40,221 nt of DNA from an uncultured bacterium. Its GTDB lineage: Bacteria > Acidobacteriota > Thermoanaerobaculia > Multivoradales > JAHZIX01. Positions 17,933 through 27,520 of this stretch are shown piece after piece. Position 1 is the stretch's first letter, and every line of letters starts with the position of its first letter. The stretch is from NCBI GenBank assembly GCA_965368975.1, contig CBDUPA010000033.1:1-40221 (forward strand), given 5' to 3'. Under the pieces are notes generated by a model, which was given only the letters and a program-made list of their open reading frames with translations, was not told the origin of the DNA and did no database searches. Both the position numbers and the translations under genes were made by a program.

Positions 17933-19141
17933 TCAGCGTCCGAAGACGATTCTCTCATGCTGCAGCAGCCGCCCTGTGCCGGCGGCGGCGAGGGCACCCA
18001 GGCCGATCGACGCGACGGCGGCGAGGGCGACCCAGACGGTGGCGGTCGGCACGCCGCGCAGCAGATCGCCGAGCAGCAGTTCCTGGCCAAGCAGGGGCAC
18101 GGCGCGCAGGGCGTCGAGGTGGCGCAGGTGGTCCGGCAGCACGCCGAACTGGAACAGGAAACCGGGCAGAATGGGCAGGAAGATGAGCAGCGACAGATAG
18201 GTCTGTGCCTCCTTGAAGCTGCGGGTGACGGTCGCCAGCAGTAGCTGCACACCGGCAGCCAGGGGCGCTAGCGGCAGCAGCACGGCGAGATAGGCCGGCA
18301 GTTCGGCCCAGCCGAGCTGGAAGCGTAGCTCGAGCGCCTGCACGCTCGGCCGGTCGAGCACGAAGAGCATCGCCAGCAGGGTCAAGACGATGCCGGTGGC
18401 GGCGAGGAGAGTCGCGGTCAACCACTTGCCGCCGGCCAGCGTCCAGGCTGGTGCTGGCGTGTGCAACAGCGGTTCGAGCGAGCCGCGCTCGCGCTCGCCG
18501 GCGGTGGCGTCGATGGCGGTGTTCATGCACGAGACGAAGCCGGCCATGAGCAGGAAGACGGGCAGCATGGCCAGCGGCAGGGCGGCACGCTGGGCGGCGG
18601 TGGAGAGGTCGAGGCTGTGGACGTCGAGCACGTCGGTGATGGCTGGCACCACGCCGCGCAGCGTCAGGCGCTGGCCGGCGACCTGGTTCTCGTAGCCGCG
18701 CAGCAGCGCCTGGACGCGACCCCGGGCGGAGCGGCTGCGGCGGTCGCTGGCGTCGTAGAGCAGACGCACGGGCTGGGCGTCCAGTTCGTCGTTCGACGTT
18801 CCGGCCGAAGATGGAGCCGCGAGGGAGGCACCGTCAACAGGCGTCCCCGGCAGCAGCACGACCGGGACTTCGCCATCGAGCACCGCGGCCTGCAGGTCGC
18901 CCGTGGGCAGCGGCAGCACCTCGACATCCGGCTGCCGCTGCAGGAAGGTGGCGAGGTGCGGTAGGGCTTCGGCGTCGAGCGCCAAGCGCGTCGGGCCGCT
19001 GCTGCGCTGGCTGATCGAGGTCAACGCCATGCCCAGCATCAGTGGGCCGAAGAGGGCGAAGACGAGCGCCGCGGTGAGTGAGCGACGGTCGCGGAAGGTC
19101 TCCCGCAGTTCTTTGAGTGCGATGGTCATCAGCAGTTTCAT
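17933..19141 (-). CDS. natB: NatB-like ABC-2 permease
   Basis: Start at ATG 19141 (MKLLMTIALKELRETFRDRR); AGERERGSLEPLL; RSFKEAQ; several TM segments. Confidence 0.88.
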   Translation of the reverse strand: MKLLMTIALKELRETFRDRRSLTAALVFALFGPLMLGMALTSISQRSSGPTRLALDAEALPHLATFLQRQPDVEVLPLPTGDLQAAVLDGEVPVVLLPGTPVDGASLAAPSSAGTSNDELDAQPVRLLYDASDRRSRSARGRVQALLRGYENQVAGQRLTLRGVVPAITDVLDVHSLDLSTAAQRAALPLAMLPVFLLMAGFVSCMNTAIDATAGERERGSLEPLLHTPAPAWTLAGGKWLTATLLAATGIVLTLLAMLFVLDRPSVQALELRFQLGWAELPAYLAVLLPLAPLAAGVQLLLATVTRSFKEAQTYLSLLIFLPILPGFLFQFGVLPDHLRHLDALRAVPLLGQELLLGDLLRGVPTATVWVALAAVASIGLGALAAAGTGRLLQHERIVFGR

Positions 19142-19923
19142 TGCAATCCCTCCTCGGTTCCGATTAGTTCCACGAAGGCGTCTTCCAGCTGCTGACGGCC
19201 GGTCGAGCGGCGCAGCTCGTCGGGCGTGCCGTCGGCGATCACCTTGCCCTGTGCGAGCACGATCACGCGATCGCACAGGGCGCCGACTTCTTGCATCACG
19301 TGGCTCGACACCAGCACGCAGCGACCTTCGTCGCGCAACTGGCCGAGCAGGCGACGCAGATTGCGGGTGCTGAGCACGTCGAGACCTTCGGTAGGTTCGT
19401 CTAGGATGAGATTGGCCGGACGGTGTACCAGGGCCCGCGCCAGTGCCACCTTCAGCCGCTCGCCGCGCGAGAAGCCGACGCAGCGCCGGTGCGCCAGGTC
19501 GCTCGCTCCGACCTGTTCGAGCGCGGTGTCGACGGCGGCGTCGAGGTCGCGTTGTGCCTGTCCACCACCCAAGCCATAGCCACCCAACCCATAGCCACCC
19601 AGCCCGTGCAGCTGGCCAAAGTAGGCGACGTTCTCGCGTGCGGTCAGGCGTTCGTAGAGACCTTGCGCTTCGACCAGCACGCCCAGCCGGGCCCGCGCCG
19701 CACCGGGGTCGCGGGCCGGATCATGGCCGTCGATGCTGGCCTGGCCGCTGTCGGCGTCGAGCAAACCGCAGAGCAGGCGCAGGAGGGTCGTCTTGCCGGC
19801 ACCATTGGGACCGAGCAAACCGGTGATCGTGCCGTCCTTGGCCTGCAGGTCGACGCCGTTGACGGCGAGCCGGCGCTGGTCTCCAGTGCCGAAGCCACGG
19901 GTGATCTGTTGCGTCGAGATCAT
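19138..19923 (-). CDS. natA: NatA-like ABC ATP-binding protein
   Basis: Start at ATG 19923; GPNGAGKTT, FSRGE signature variant, ILDEPT, SSH; overlaps both neighbours. Confidence 0.92.
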   Translation of the reverse strand: MISTQQITRGFGTGDQRRLAVNGVDLQAKDGTITGLLGPNGAGKTTLLRLLCGLLDADSGQASIDGHDPARDPGAARARLGVLVEAQGLYERLTARENVAYFGQLHGLGGYGLGGYGLGGGQAQRDLDAAVDTALEQVGASDLAHRRCVGFSRGERLKVALARALVHRPANLILDEPTEGLDVLSTRNLRRLLGQLRDEGRCVLVSSHVMQEVGALCDRVIVLAQGKVIADGTPDELRRSTGRQQLEDAFVELIGTEEGLQ

Positions 19924-21431
19924 CGGACACCTCCGTTCGAGGACGTGGCCTGGCGGGCGATCAGGAAGGGCACGGGCACGATGGTGTCGACACAGCCAGC
20001 GTCGAGATCGTCGGCCGACCCGGCGTCGAGGAAGTCGGCGAGCAGGCGCGGCACGCAGCCGAGGTGACTGGTGTTGTGTGCCGCCCCTGGCACCACCACG
20101 TGACGCCCGTTCGGCAGGTGGGCCAGCGCCGACTCGCCCCAGGCCGGGGGCGTCACCGGGTCGAGCTGGCCGGAGAGCAGCAGCGCGGGCGTCTCGTGCG
20201 ACCTCGGCTGCCCCCAATCCGCGGGCACCGCGGCACGCGGCCAGGCGTCGCACCAGGCACCCCAGGCGGTCGTCATGGTGTCGCCGAAGACGGTGTCATG
20301 GTTGGCGGCGCTCGCGTCGGCATCACTGTAGCGCGGCAGATCTTCCGAGCACAGCACGCTGAGGGTAAAGCCGAGGCTCATCGTGTCCACCGACCAGCGA
20401 CGCGTCGTCTCGGCGACGGTCAGCAGCGGCGCCAGGTCGCCGTCGATGGCGCGGTCGAGCAGGCGCGGCAGGAGCGCAACCTGCTCGGGCAGGTAGAGCA
20501 GCCCGCGCAGCACGCCCAGCACCATGTCCCGTGTCACCGTGACCTCCATCGTCTCCCCGGTCGCCGGACTCGCGATCGTGACGTCGAGCGGCCGTGCGTC
20601 GAGCTGCGTCAGCAACGCCTCGAAGCGTCCAGCCAGATCCGGATACGCCGCTGCGCAAGCCTCGTCCGCGGCGCAGCGCTCGAAGGCCAGCGTCAGGGCC
20701 CGGTCCGCGTCGCGCGACGTGTGCAATGGATAGCGATGATCCCACGCTGCCACGCCGTCCAGAATGACGCTGCGCACCCGCTCGGGATGGCGATCCAGAT
20801 AGACTAGCGCCGCGCGCGTGCCGTAGGAGCTGCCCCACAGGTTGACCGTCTCGTAGCCCAGCCGCGCACGAATGGCGTCGAGATCGTCGATGGCGAGGGC
20901 GGTGGTGTAGAAGCGCGGATCGGCGTCGAGTCCGTCGAGGCACTCCTCGGCTCGCTGGCGGCTGGAGGCAAGATCCTCCCCCAGCCCCAAGCTGGGGTCG
21001 TCGGCCAGGCTCAGGTCACAGTCGAGCGGATTCGATGAACCCGTACCGCGCATGTCCACGAGCACGATGTCGCGATGCCGGCGCACTCGGTCGAATTGCA
21101 GGTCGAGCACCGGCGCCAGGGCCAAGGCGCCTTGACCGGGACCGCCAGCGAGCAAGAAGAGCGGATCCGGCTCGATCTTGCGACTGCGCGCCGGGATGAC
21201 CGCAAAGTGCAGCGTCAACCGTCGGCCGTCCGCGTCGTCCGGATTCTCCAGCACCTCGTGTGTGCCGCACAGCACGCTTTCGGAGATGCCGTCGAGATAA
21301 CAAGTGTCGAGTCCGACTCCCGCCTCGAGCACCAGCGGTGCCACCGCAGCCTCGGCCGGCGTCGAGGAGAGGGCCAGCAGGACCAGCAGGAGCAGGGGGA
21401 GGAAGGGTATCAGGCAAGCTTGGTTGCGCAT
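19920..21431 (-). CDS. Secreted alpha/beta hydrolase (TAP-like peptidase)
   Basis: Signal peptide; GGPG, DMRGTG, nucleophile GSSYG, DPVTP, GAAH. Confidence 0.9.
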   Translation of the reverse strand: MRNQACLIPFLPLLLLVLLALSSTPAEAAVAPLVLEAGVGLDTCYLDGISESVLCGTHEVLENPDDADGRRLTLHFAVIPARSRKIEPDPLFLLAGGPGQGALALAPVLDLQFDRVRRHRDIVLVDMRGTGSSNPLDCDLSLADDPSLGLGEDLASSRQRAEECLDGLDADPRFYTTALAIDDLDAIRARLGYETVNLWGSSYGTRAALVYLDRHPERVRSVILDGVAAWDHRYPLHTSRDADRALTLAFERCAADEACAAAYPDLAGRFEALLTQLDARPLDVTIASPATGETMEVTVTRDMVLGVLRGLLYLPEQVALLPRLLDRAIDGDLAPLLTVAETTRRWSVDTMSLGFTLSVLCSEDLPRYSDADASAANHDTVFGDTMTTAWGAWCDAWPRAAVPADWGQPRSHETPALLLSGQLDPVTPPAWGESALAHLPNGRHVVVPGAAHNTSHLGCVPRLLADFLDAGSADDLDAGCVDTIVPVPFLIARQATSSNGGVR

Positions 21432-21631
21432 GTGTGTCTCCCGAGTGGATGTCTACAGGTCCGACGCGGCGGCGCAGGGTGGCGAAGTCGTGCAAGTGAC
21501 CACGCGCGTCGGGGTGGTTGTAGAGGTAGTCTCGGGAGACGGGGAAACCTTACAGGGGAAGTTGGCCAACTTTCGCGGGTGTATACTCAGGGTCGGTCTC
21601 GCTTTAAGAGCGTGTGACCTTGGAGAACTTC

Positions 21632-21874
21632 ATGGCCCAACCTCTTCGCACTCACGTCGTCCACGATTCCCCGGATCCGGCCTTGCTGCGTTCGGTGATC
21701 GAGGACTACCAGCAGGGCAAGTTCTCGCTCGGCAAGGCTGCTGAGTTACTCGGTATGAATCGCTTGCACTTTATGGACCTGCTGGCGGAGCGCGGTGTCG
21801 ATGTCTATGGCTATGACGAGTCGGACTTCGACTTGGACGTCGCGACTCTGGGCCGCCTCAACGCAGGTACATGA
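21632..21874 (+). CDS. UPF0175-family putative antitoxin
   Basis: SLGKAAELLGMNRLHFMDLLAERGV; GGAGA RBS before ATG 21632; ATGA overlap with the PIN gene. Confidence 0.85.
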   Translation: MAQPLRTHVVHDSPDPALLRSVIEDYQQGKFSLGKAAELLGMNRLHFMDLLAERGVDVYGYDESDFDLDVATLGRLNAGT

Positions 21875-22350
21875 AGGTCAGCGACGCGACGCCCCTCATC
21901 AATTTCGCCCGTATCGACGCGCTGGCACTGTTGCGGGATGTCGCGGGTGAGCTGGTGATTCCGGCAGCTGTTGCTGCAGAGATTCGTGCCTATTCACCAG
22001 TTTCGCCCGGTGGCATCGATCTCGATGCCCAAGACTGGATCTCTGTCCAGCAGGTCAAGCCGATTCTCGTTTTCCGGCACCTGGGAGCCGGTGAAGCTTC
22101 GGTGCTGGATCTTGCTTGCCAGTATCGAGAGCGAGTCGAGTTGGTGTTGATGGACGAGCGTCGAGGGCGCAGGCTGGGGCAAGAACTGGACTTGCCGATC
22201 CTGGGGTCAGCGGGAGTCTTGCTGCAAGCGAAGCGGATGGGACTAATTGACCTCGTCGAGCCGATCTTCGATCGGATGGAGGCGGCGGGCGCTCACTTGG
22301 GGAGTCGGCTCAGGCAAAGCGTGTTGAAAGCTGCGGAAGAGGCAAGATGA
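21871..22350 (+). CDS. DUF3368-type PIN-domain protein (VapC-like putative toxin)
   Basis: VSDATPLI, IPAAVAAE, LGAGEASVL, LMDERRGR, GSAGVLLQAK. Confidence 0.85.
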   Translation: MKVSDATPLINFARIDALALLRDVAGELVIPAAVAAEIRAYSPVSPGGIDLDAQDWISVQQVKPILVFRHLGAGEASVLDLACQYRERVELVLMDERRGRRLGQELDLPILGSAGVLLQAKRMGLIDLVEPIFDRMEAAGAHLGSRLRQSVLKAAEEAR

Positions 22351-22509
22351 TCTGGTGAGGTCATTCCGGCCGGGCCGACTTGGGCATAGAAAACATTCCA
22401 AGTTCAAGATCGCAGATCGCCGTGAGCCTGACTTTAGGTAAGCCTCCGTAGGCGACTGATCAACTCCTTGGTGACCGGCTCTCCGCTACTCCATCTGCCG
22501 GAGCGGGAC

Positions 22510-24525
22510 TCACGCCACCGGCTGCTCCGGCAGATACGGCGGCATCGGCGTGTCCAGAGAATCCGAGATGGCGCGCAGGAGTTCGCCTTCCCGCAACTCG
22601 ACGCGGCGATCGTGGATGATGACGGCGGCGACGGCGCGCAGGAGGCGGCGTTTGAGCAAGGGGGCGATGCCTTGGAGCTCTTCGAGCGCTTTCTTGACCT
22701 CGGTCAGGCGGCACTGGTTGGCGTCGAGGAGTTGCAGGTCGACGACGTCCTGCACTTGACGCGTGCCGGCTTCGAAGGCGGCTTGTGTTTCGTTGCTGGG
22801 GCTGAAGCGGGCGAGCGCGGAGAGCAGAACGGCGACGGGGCGGTCGAGGCGGCGCAGGGAGTAGTGCTGGACGCCGCGGCGTTTGCGGTGCTCGAAGTGC
22901 GGGGCGAGGTGGCGTTCGAGGACGACTTCCAGGGTCAGCTCGAAGATGCTGATGCGCTCGTCGGCCAAGGCCAGGTGGCGGATCTCTTCGCGGAACTCTT
23001 TGTACTGCGCCGGCGACAGGCGGCGCAGGGCGGGGAGGGTGAGGTCGACCAGCGGCAGGCGGGCGGCGAGGTCGACTTGTTCGAATAGGGGTTGTAGGCG
23101 TTCGGTGAGCTGGTAGGCGCTCTTGTCGGCCAGGCGCTGCAGGATCTCGAGCTGCTCGCGGCGCACCTCGGAACGGCGGTCGAGCAGCAGGCCGTAGACG
23201 ACGGCGCGGGCGCTGTAGGGTTCGTGGGCGGCGTCGCGCAGGGTTTGCGGTAGACCCTTGAGTAGCTGGCGGGCGTAGACCATGTGGGCTTCGGTGAGGG
23301 TGCCGGCGCGAGCGGTGAAGCCTTCGGGGTTGCTCGGGGGCGCACCGCTGGACGCGGCTGCTGACGGTGGCGGTGGTGGCGGGGGGGACGCCTGCTGGGA
23401 GCCCGTCTGCTGGGAACCCGTCTGCTGGGAACCCGTCAAGCGAGAGACGGGGACCTCGGCGGCGGCGCCGAAGGGGCGCGTGTACTCGGGGCGTGGGCCC
23501 GGAGCGATGGTCTGCACTTCGGGGTAGGTGCCGTCGAAGCTGGCGTCGATGCGACGGATACGCTCTTCCAAGGGCGGGTGCGTGGCGAGGAAGCGGAACA
23601 GGGAGTTGCGGTGGGCGCCGAAGAGCAGGTGGCTGACTTCCTCGGCGTGCCGGTCGGCGATGCGCGAGCCGGGGTGTTTGTCTGAGCCGAGCCCGCCGAT
23701 CTTCTTCAGCGCGCCGGCGATGCCGTTGGGGTTGCGCGTGAACTGCACCGCCGAGGCGTCGGCCAGGTACTCGCGCTGACGTGAGATGGCGCTCTTGATC
23801 ATGCGGCCGAAGAAGACGCCGATGTAGCCGACGAGGAAGAGGGCCAGACCGAGCACGAAGACGCCTAGTGCCAGGCCACCGCCCTTGCGGTTGCTGCTGC
23901 TACCTCCGGAGAAGCGCAGGGACCGCATGACGATCTCGCCGATCATGCTGATCAGGAGGATGCCGTGCAGCACGCCGATCAGGCGCAGGTTGAGGCGCAC
24001 GTCGCCGTTCAGGATGTGGCTGAACTCGTGCGCGATGACGCCCTGCAGTTCGTCGCGGCTGAGCTGCTTCATACAACCTTCAGTGACGCCGATGACGGTA
24101 TCGCCAGGGGTGAAGCCGGCGGCGAAGGCGTTGATGCCGTACTCCTTCTCCATGACGTAGACCTGCGGCATTGGCACGCCGGACGCGATCGCCATTTCCT
24201 CGATCACGTTGAGTAGCCGCCGCTCGTCGGCGTCGCGGGTGTTGCCGTCTAGCAGGCGGCCGCCGAGCATGAGCGCGACGCTGCTGCCGCCATCGCCGAG
24301 ACGCCATATCTTGTAGGCGGTGCCGGAGGCAATGACCAGCAGGGTCAGCGTGGTGACCCAGGGGAAGAGGCCGAGTTGGTCCTCGAGCGTGACTTCACTG
24401 GCACCCAGCGCCAGCTGGGTGACCACGTTGACCACGACGACGATCAGGAATACCGCCGACAGGTACAGCACTACCAGCCAGCGCGTGCGCTTGCGGGCGG
24501 CGTCTTGGTGCGAGAAGAAGTCCAC
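22510..24525 (-). CDS. M48 (HtpX-like) membrane zinc metalloprotease with C-terminal extension
   Basis: MDFFSHQ start (GTG), NAFAAG, AHEFSH, SRQREYLADASA, THPPLEERI; follows lemA. Confidence 0.93.
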   Translation of the reverse strand: MDFFSHQDAARKRTRWLVVLYLSAVFLIVVVVNVVTQLALGASEVTLEDQLGLFPWVTTLTLLVIASGTAYKIWRLGDGGSSVALMLGGRLLDGNTRDADERRLLNVIEEMAIASGVPMPQVYVMEKEYGINAFAAGFTPGDTVIGVTEGCMKQLSRDELQGVIAHEFSHILNGDVRLNLRLIGVLHGILLISMIGEIVMRSLRFSGGSSSNRKGGGLALGVFVLGLALFLVGYIGVFFGRMIKSAISRQREYLADASAVQFTRNPNGIAGALKKIGGLGSDKHPGSRIADRHAEEVSHLLFGAHRNSLFRFLATHPPLEERIRRIDASFDGTYPEVQTIAPGPRPEYTRPFGAAAEVPVSRLTGSQQTGSQQTGSQQASPPPPPPPSAAASSGAPPSNPEGFTARAGTLTEAHMVYARQLLKGLPQTLRDAAHEPYSARAVVYGLLLDRRSEVRREQLEILQRLADKSAYQLTERLQPLFEQVDLAARLPLVDLTLPALRRLSPAQYKEFREEIRHLALADERISIFELTLEVVLERHLAPHFEHRKRRGVQHYSLRRLDRPVAVLLSALARFSPSNETQAAFEAGTRQVQDVVDLQLLDANQCRLTEVKKALEELQGIAPLLKRRLLRAVAAVIIHDRRVELREGELLRAISDSLDTPMPPYLPEQPVA

Positions 24526-24554
24526 GGTAGGTGCTCAGTTTCGATCGAAGGAGG

Positions 24555-25145
24555 TCAGCCGAAGGAGACCTTGGGAGCTTCCTTCTGGACCTCGTCCTCG
24601 ATCTCGAAGAGCTGCGCTTCTTTGAAGCCGAAGTTGTTGGCGATCATCACATTGGGGAAGGTTTCACGCGCTGTGTTGTAGTTCGTGACGGCGTCGTTGT
24701 AGGCCTGGCGCGCGAAGGCGACCTTGTTCTCGGTCGAGGTCAGTTCTTCGGTGAGTTGCGCCATGTTGTCGCTCGCCTTGAGGTCCGGATAGGCCTCGGC
24801 GAGAGCGAATAGCTTGCCCATCATGCCGCCGAGCGCGGCTTCCGCGCCCATCAGCTGGGCCACCGCGCCGGCGTCGGCCGGATCGGCTGCCGCCTTGTTC
24901 GATGCGTTCAGCGCTGCGTTGCGTGCCTGGATGACGGCTTCGAGCGTCTCACGCTCGTGTTTCATGTAGCCCTTGACGGTCTCGACCAGGTTGGGGATCA
25001 GGTCGTAGCGACGCTTCAGCTGCACGTCGATCTGCGCAAAGGCGTTCTTGAAGCGGTTGCGCAGGGTGACCAGTCGGTTGTAGATGCCGACCAGCCAGAA
25101 AATGAGAAAGACTCCGAGCACGGCGAGTACGATCAGGGGCCACAT
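24555..25145 (-). CDS. lemA: LemA family protein
   Basis: YNRLV, IDVQLKRRYDLIPNLV, AEAYPDLKA, ENKVAFARQAYND. Confidence 0.97.
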   Translation of the reverse strand: MWPLIVLAVLGVFLIFWLVGIYNRLVTLRNRFKNAFAQIDVQLKRRYDLIPNLVETVKGYMKHERETLEAVIQARNAALNASNKAAADPADAGAVAQLMGAEAALGGMMGKLFALAEAYPDLKASDNMAQLTEELTSTENKVAFARQAYNDAVTNYNTARETFPNVMIANNFGFKEAQLFEIEDEVQKEAPKVSFG

Positions 25146-25181
25146 ATGCGTCTCCTCGTTGCAGGTATTTCGGTGGAAGTT

Positions 25182-26501
25182 TCAGGGACGTTTGTAGATC
25201 TTGCCGTCCTTCATGACGAAGCTGGGTGCCATCATGACTTCTAGGCCGTCGCGTGGATCGCCCGGCACCGCCACGATGTCGGCGGTCTTGCCGGCTTCGA
25301 GGGTGCCCAGGCGGTCGTCGATTTCGAGTAGCTGTGCGGGGATCAGCGTGGCGGCACGGATGGTTTCCAACACTGGCATACCGCCCTCGTGCATCAGCGC
25401 GAATTCGCGCGCGTTGTCGCCGTGGGGCGAGACACAGCTGTCGGTGCCGAAGGCGATCTTGACGCCGGCCTCGTAGGCGCGCCGGAACATGTCCTGTGCC
25501 AGCGGGCCGATGCGGGCGGCTTTCTCGGCCACCACCGGCGGGAAGAAGCCTTCGACCTTGGCCATGTTCATTACCCACTCGGCAGCCACGAGAGTAGGTA
25601 CGAGGTAGGTCCCGTGCTGTTGCATCAGTTCGATGGCCTCCGCGTCCAGGTAGGTGCCGTGCTCGATCGTCGTGACGCCAGCGCGCACTGCGCGTTTCAG
25701 GCCCTCGGCGCCGTGCGCGTGGGCCGCGACGTGGAAGCCGTAGTCGTTCGCCGTCTCGACGATGGCGCGGATTTCTTCCTCGGTGAACTGCGGGTTGTCG
25801 CCGCTGGCGGCGACGCTGAGCACGCCGCCGGTGGCGGTCAGCTTGATCAGGTCGGCACCTTCCTTGTAGCGATAGCGCACCGCTTCGCGTGCCTCGTCGG
25901 CGCCGTTGATCACACCGTCCTTCGGTCCCGGTTCCTCGTACAGACCGTCGCGCGCGCTGTTGGTGCCGTCCGCGTGCCCGCCGGTGGTCGCCAGTGCCTT
26001 ACCGGCGGTGAAGATGCGTGGACCGTCGACCAGGCCACTGTTGATCGCCGTGCGCAGCGACGCGGTCAGCTTCATGCCGTCGCCGACGTCGCGCACCGTG
26101 GTGAAGCCGGCCAGCAATGTCGTCTCAGCGTAGCCCACCATGCGGAAGGCGTAGTCGGCGGGTTCGAGCGTGTAGGGCTCGACGTAGCTCTGCGGTCCCA
26201 GCTGCTGCGACAGGTGGGTGTGCATGTCCATCCAGCCCGGCGTGCAGGTTCCACTCTTCAGGTTGACCACCTCGTCACCCTCGGTCGCCTCGACGTAGCC
26301 CGCCTCGACCGCCGCGATCGTCGTGCCATCGACCACGATCGTGCGCGCCTCCAGCACCTCCAAGGTCTCGACGTCGACGACTTTGCCGCAGTGCAACAGT
26401 GTGCGAGCTTCGGCGTCGAGCGGTAGCAGCACCGAGAGCAGCAGCACCGAGAGTAAGGGAGCCGAGAGCAGCGGCCGTAGGGCGAAGGTGCGGTTTGGCA
26501 T
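25182..26501 (-). CDS. Secreted metal-dependent amidohydrolase (Xaa-Pro dipeptidase-like)
   Basis: GAGGAGG RBS before ATG 26501; signal peptide; DMHTH, GFTTVRD, IKLTATGG, HAHG, IEHG, FGTDS. Confidence 0.92.
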   Translation of the reverse strand: MPNRTFALRPLLSAPLLSVLLLSVLLPLDAEARTLLHCGKVVDVETLEVLEARTIVVDGTTIAAVEAGYVEATEGDEVVNLKSGTCTPGWMDMHTHLSQQLGPQSYVEPYTLEPADYAFRMVGYAETTLLAGFTTVRDVGDGMKLTASLRTAINSGLVDGPRIFTAGKALATTGGHADGTNSARDGLYEEPGPKDGVINGADEAREAVRYRYKEGADLIKLTATGGVLSVAASGDNPQFTEEEIRAIVETANDYGFHVAAHAHGAEGLKRAVRAGVTTIEHGTYLDAEAIELMQQHGTYLVPTLVAAEWVMNMAKVEGFFPPVVAEKAARIGPLAQDMFRRAYEAGVKIAFGTDSCVSPHGDNAREFALMHEGGMPVLETIRAATLIPAQLLEIDDRLGTLEAGKTADIVAVPGDPRDGLEVMMAPSFVMKDGKIYKRP

Positions 26502-26574
26502 GGGCGGAGTCCTCCTCGGGATGCGCTTGGAAAGCCTGACAGGTGTCGGAACGAGCTGAGTATATAGTCTCCGC

Positions 26575-27258
26575 ATGCGCCAGGATTCCACCGCGTCGCC
26601 GCCCGTTCCGTCGCCACCACCACCTTCGCCACTACCTTCGCCACCGTTGCCACCGGTGATGCTCGAAGGCATTGACGTGTCGCACCACAATGGCGTCGTT
26701 GATTGGCCGAAGGTGAAGTCAGCTGGCATGGTCTTCGCCATCGTCAAGGCGACCGAGGGCGTCTCGTGGGTCGACCCGGAGCTGTGGGACAACTGGGTCG
26801 GCAGCAAGGGCGCCGGCCTGATCCGCGGCGCCTACCACTTCCTCGACGCCGAGAAGGACGCGGTCATCCAGGCCGAGAACTTCCTCGACCACGTGCGTCT
26901 CGAACCCGGCGATCTGCCGCCGATCCTCGATGTCGAACAGGCCAAGGGTGAGACGCCCGAGGATCTCGACGAACAAGCGCTGCTGTGGCTGCGCACCGTC
27001 CGTCGCTTCAGCGGCCACGCCGCTATCCTCTACTCCAGCCTCAACTTCCTCGACAAATTCATGCCCAGCGGCTTTGAGGACCATCCCTTGTGGCTTGCCG
27101 AGTACGGCGAGCAGGTGCCGGCTTTACCGAACGGCTGGCATGACTGGACGTTCTGGCAGTACACCCAGCATGGGCATGTGCCGGGCGTCGCGGGGACGGT
27201 GGATAGGAATCGTTTCGCCGGAGATCTGGCAGCGCTGCGGGGGATGTTGGTGGGGTAG
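26575..27258 (+). CDS. GH25 lysozyme/muramidase
   Basis: GIDVSHHNG, KATEG, GAYHF, LDVE, LWLAEY, WQYT. The true start could be ATG 26659, after the Pro-rich stretch. Confidence 0.92.
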   Translation: MRQDSTASPPVPSPPPPSPLPSPPLPPVMLEGIDVSHHNGVVDWPKVKSAGMVFAIVKATEGVSWVDPELWDNWVGSKGAGLIRGAYHFLDAEKDAVIQAENFLDHVRLEPGDLPPILDVEQAKGETPEDLDEQALLWLRTVRRFSGHAAILYSSLNFLDKFMPSGFEDHPLWLAEYGEQVPALPNGWHDWTFWQYTQHGHVPGVAGTVDRNRFAGDLAALRGMLVG

Positions 27259-27520
27259 GCGGAGGGCGCCGCGGTTTGCGCTAGAGGGAAAATGCAGAAT
27301 TTCTGCTCTCACTCTGTCACCTCTCCGCCGTTTCACTCGTATACCTTCTTACAACCCGGCGGCACATAGCCGGGTTCTCGAGACAACGATGCACGCTTCA
27401 GAATCACCCGGTGGCACTTTCGTGGGGTTGGTGCCACCGGGTTTCGTACGTCTGGGCTCCTGCTGGACCTACCCTGCAGGGTAGCGCTCGGACCACGCCT
27501 GGGCATCTATACTTTGTGGC

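Noticed and set aside
21562-21587. Sigma70 promoter TTGGCC..TATACT for the UPF0175/PIN pair
   Set aside because: The spacer is only 14 bp; the -10 is plausible but the pair is not supportable.
26502-26807. N-terminal extension of the amidohydrolase in the ORF track (also extensions of natA, natB and the racemase)
   Set aside because: Most overlap neighbouring real genes; downstream ATGs have an RBS or translational coupling and family-typical N-termini.
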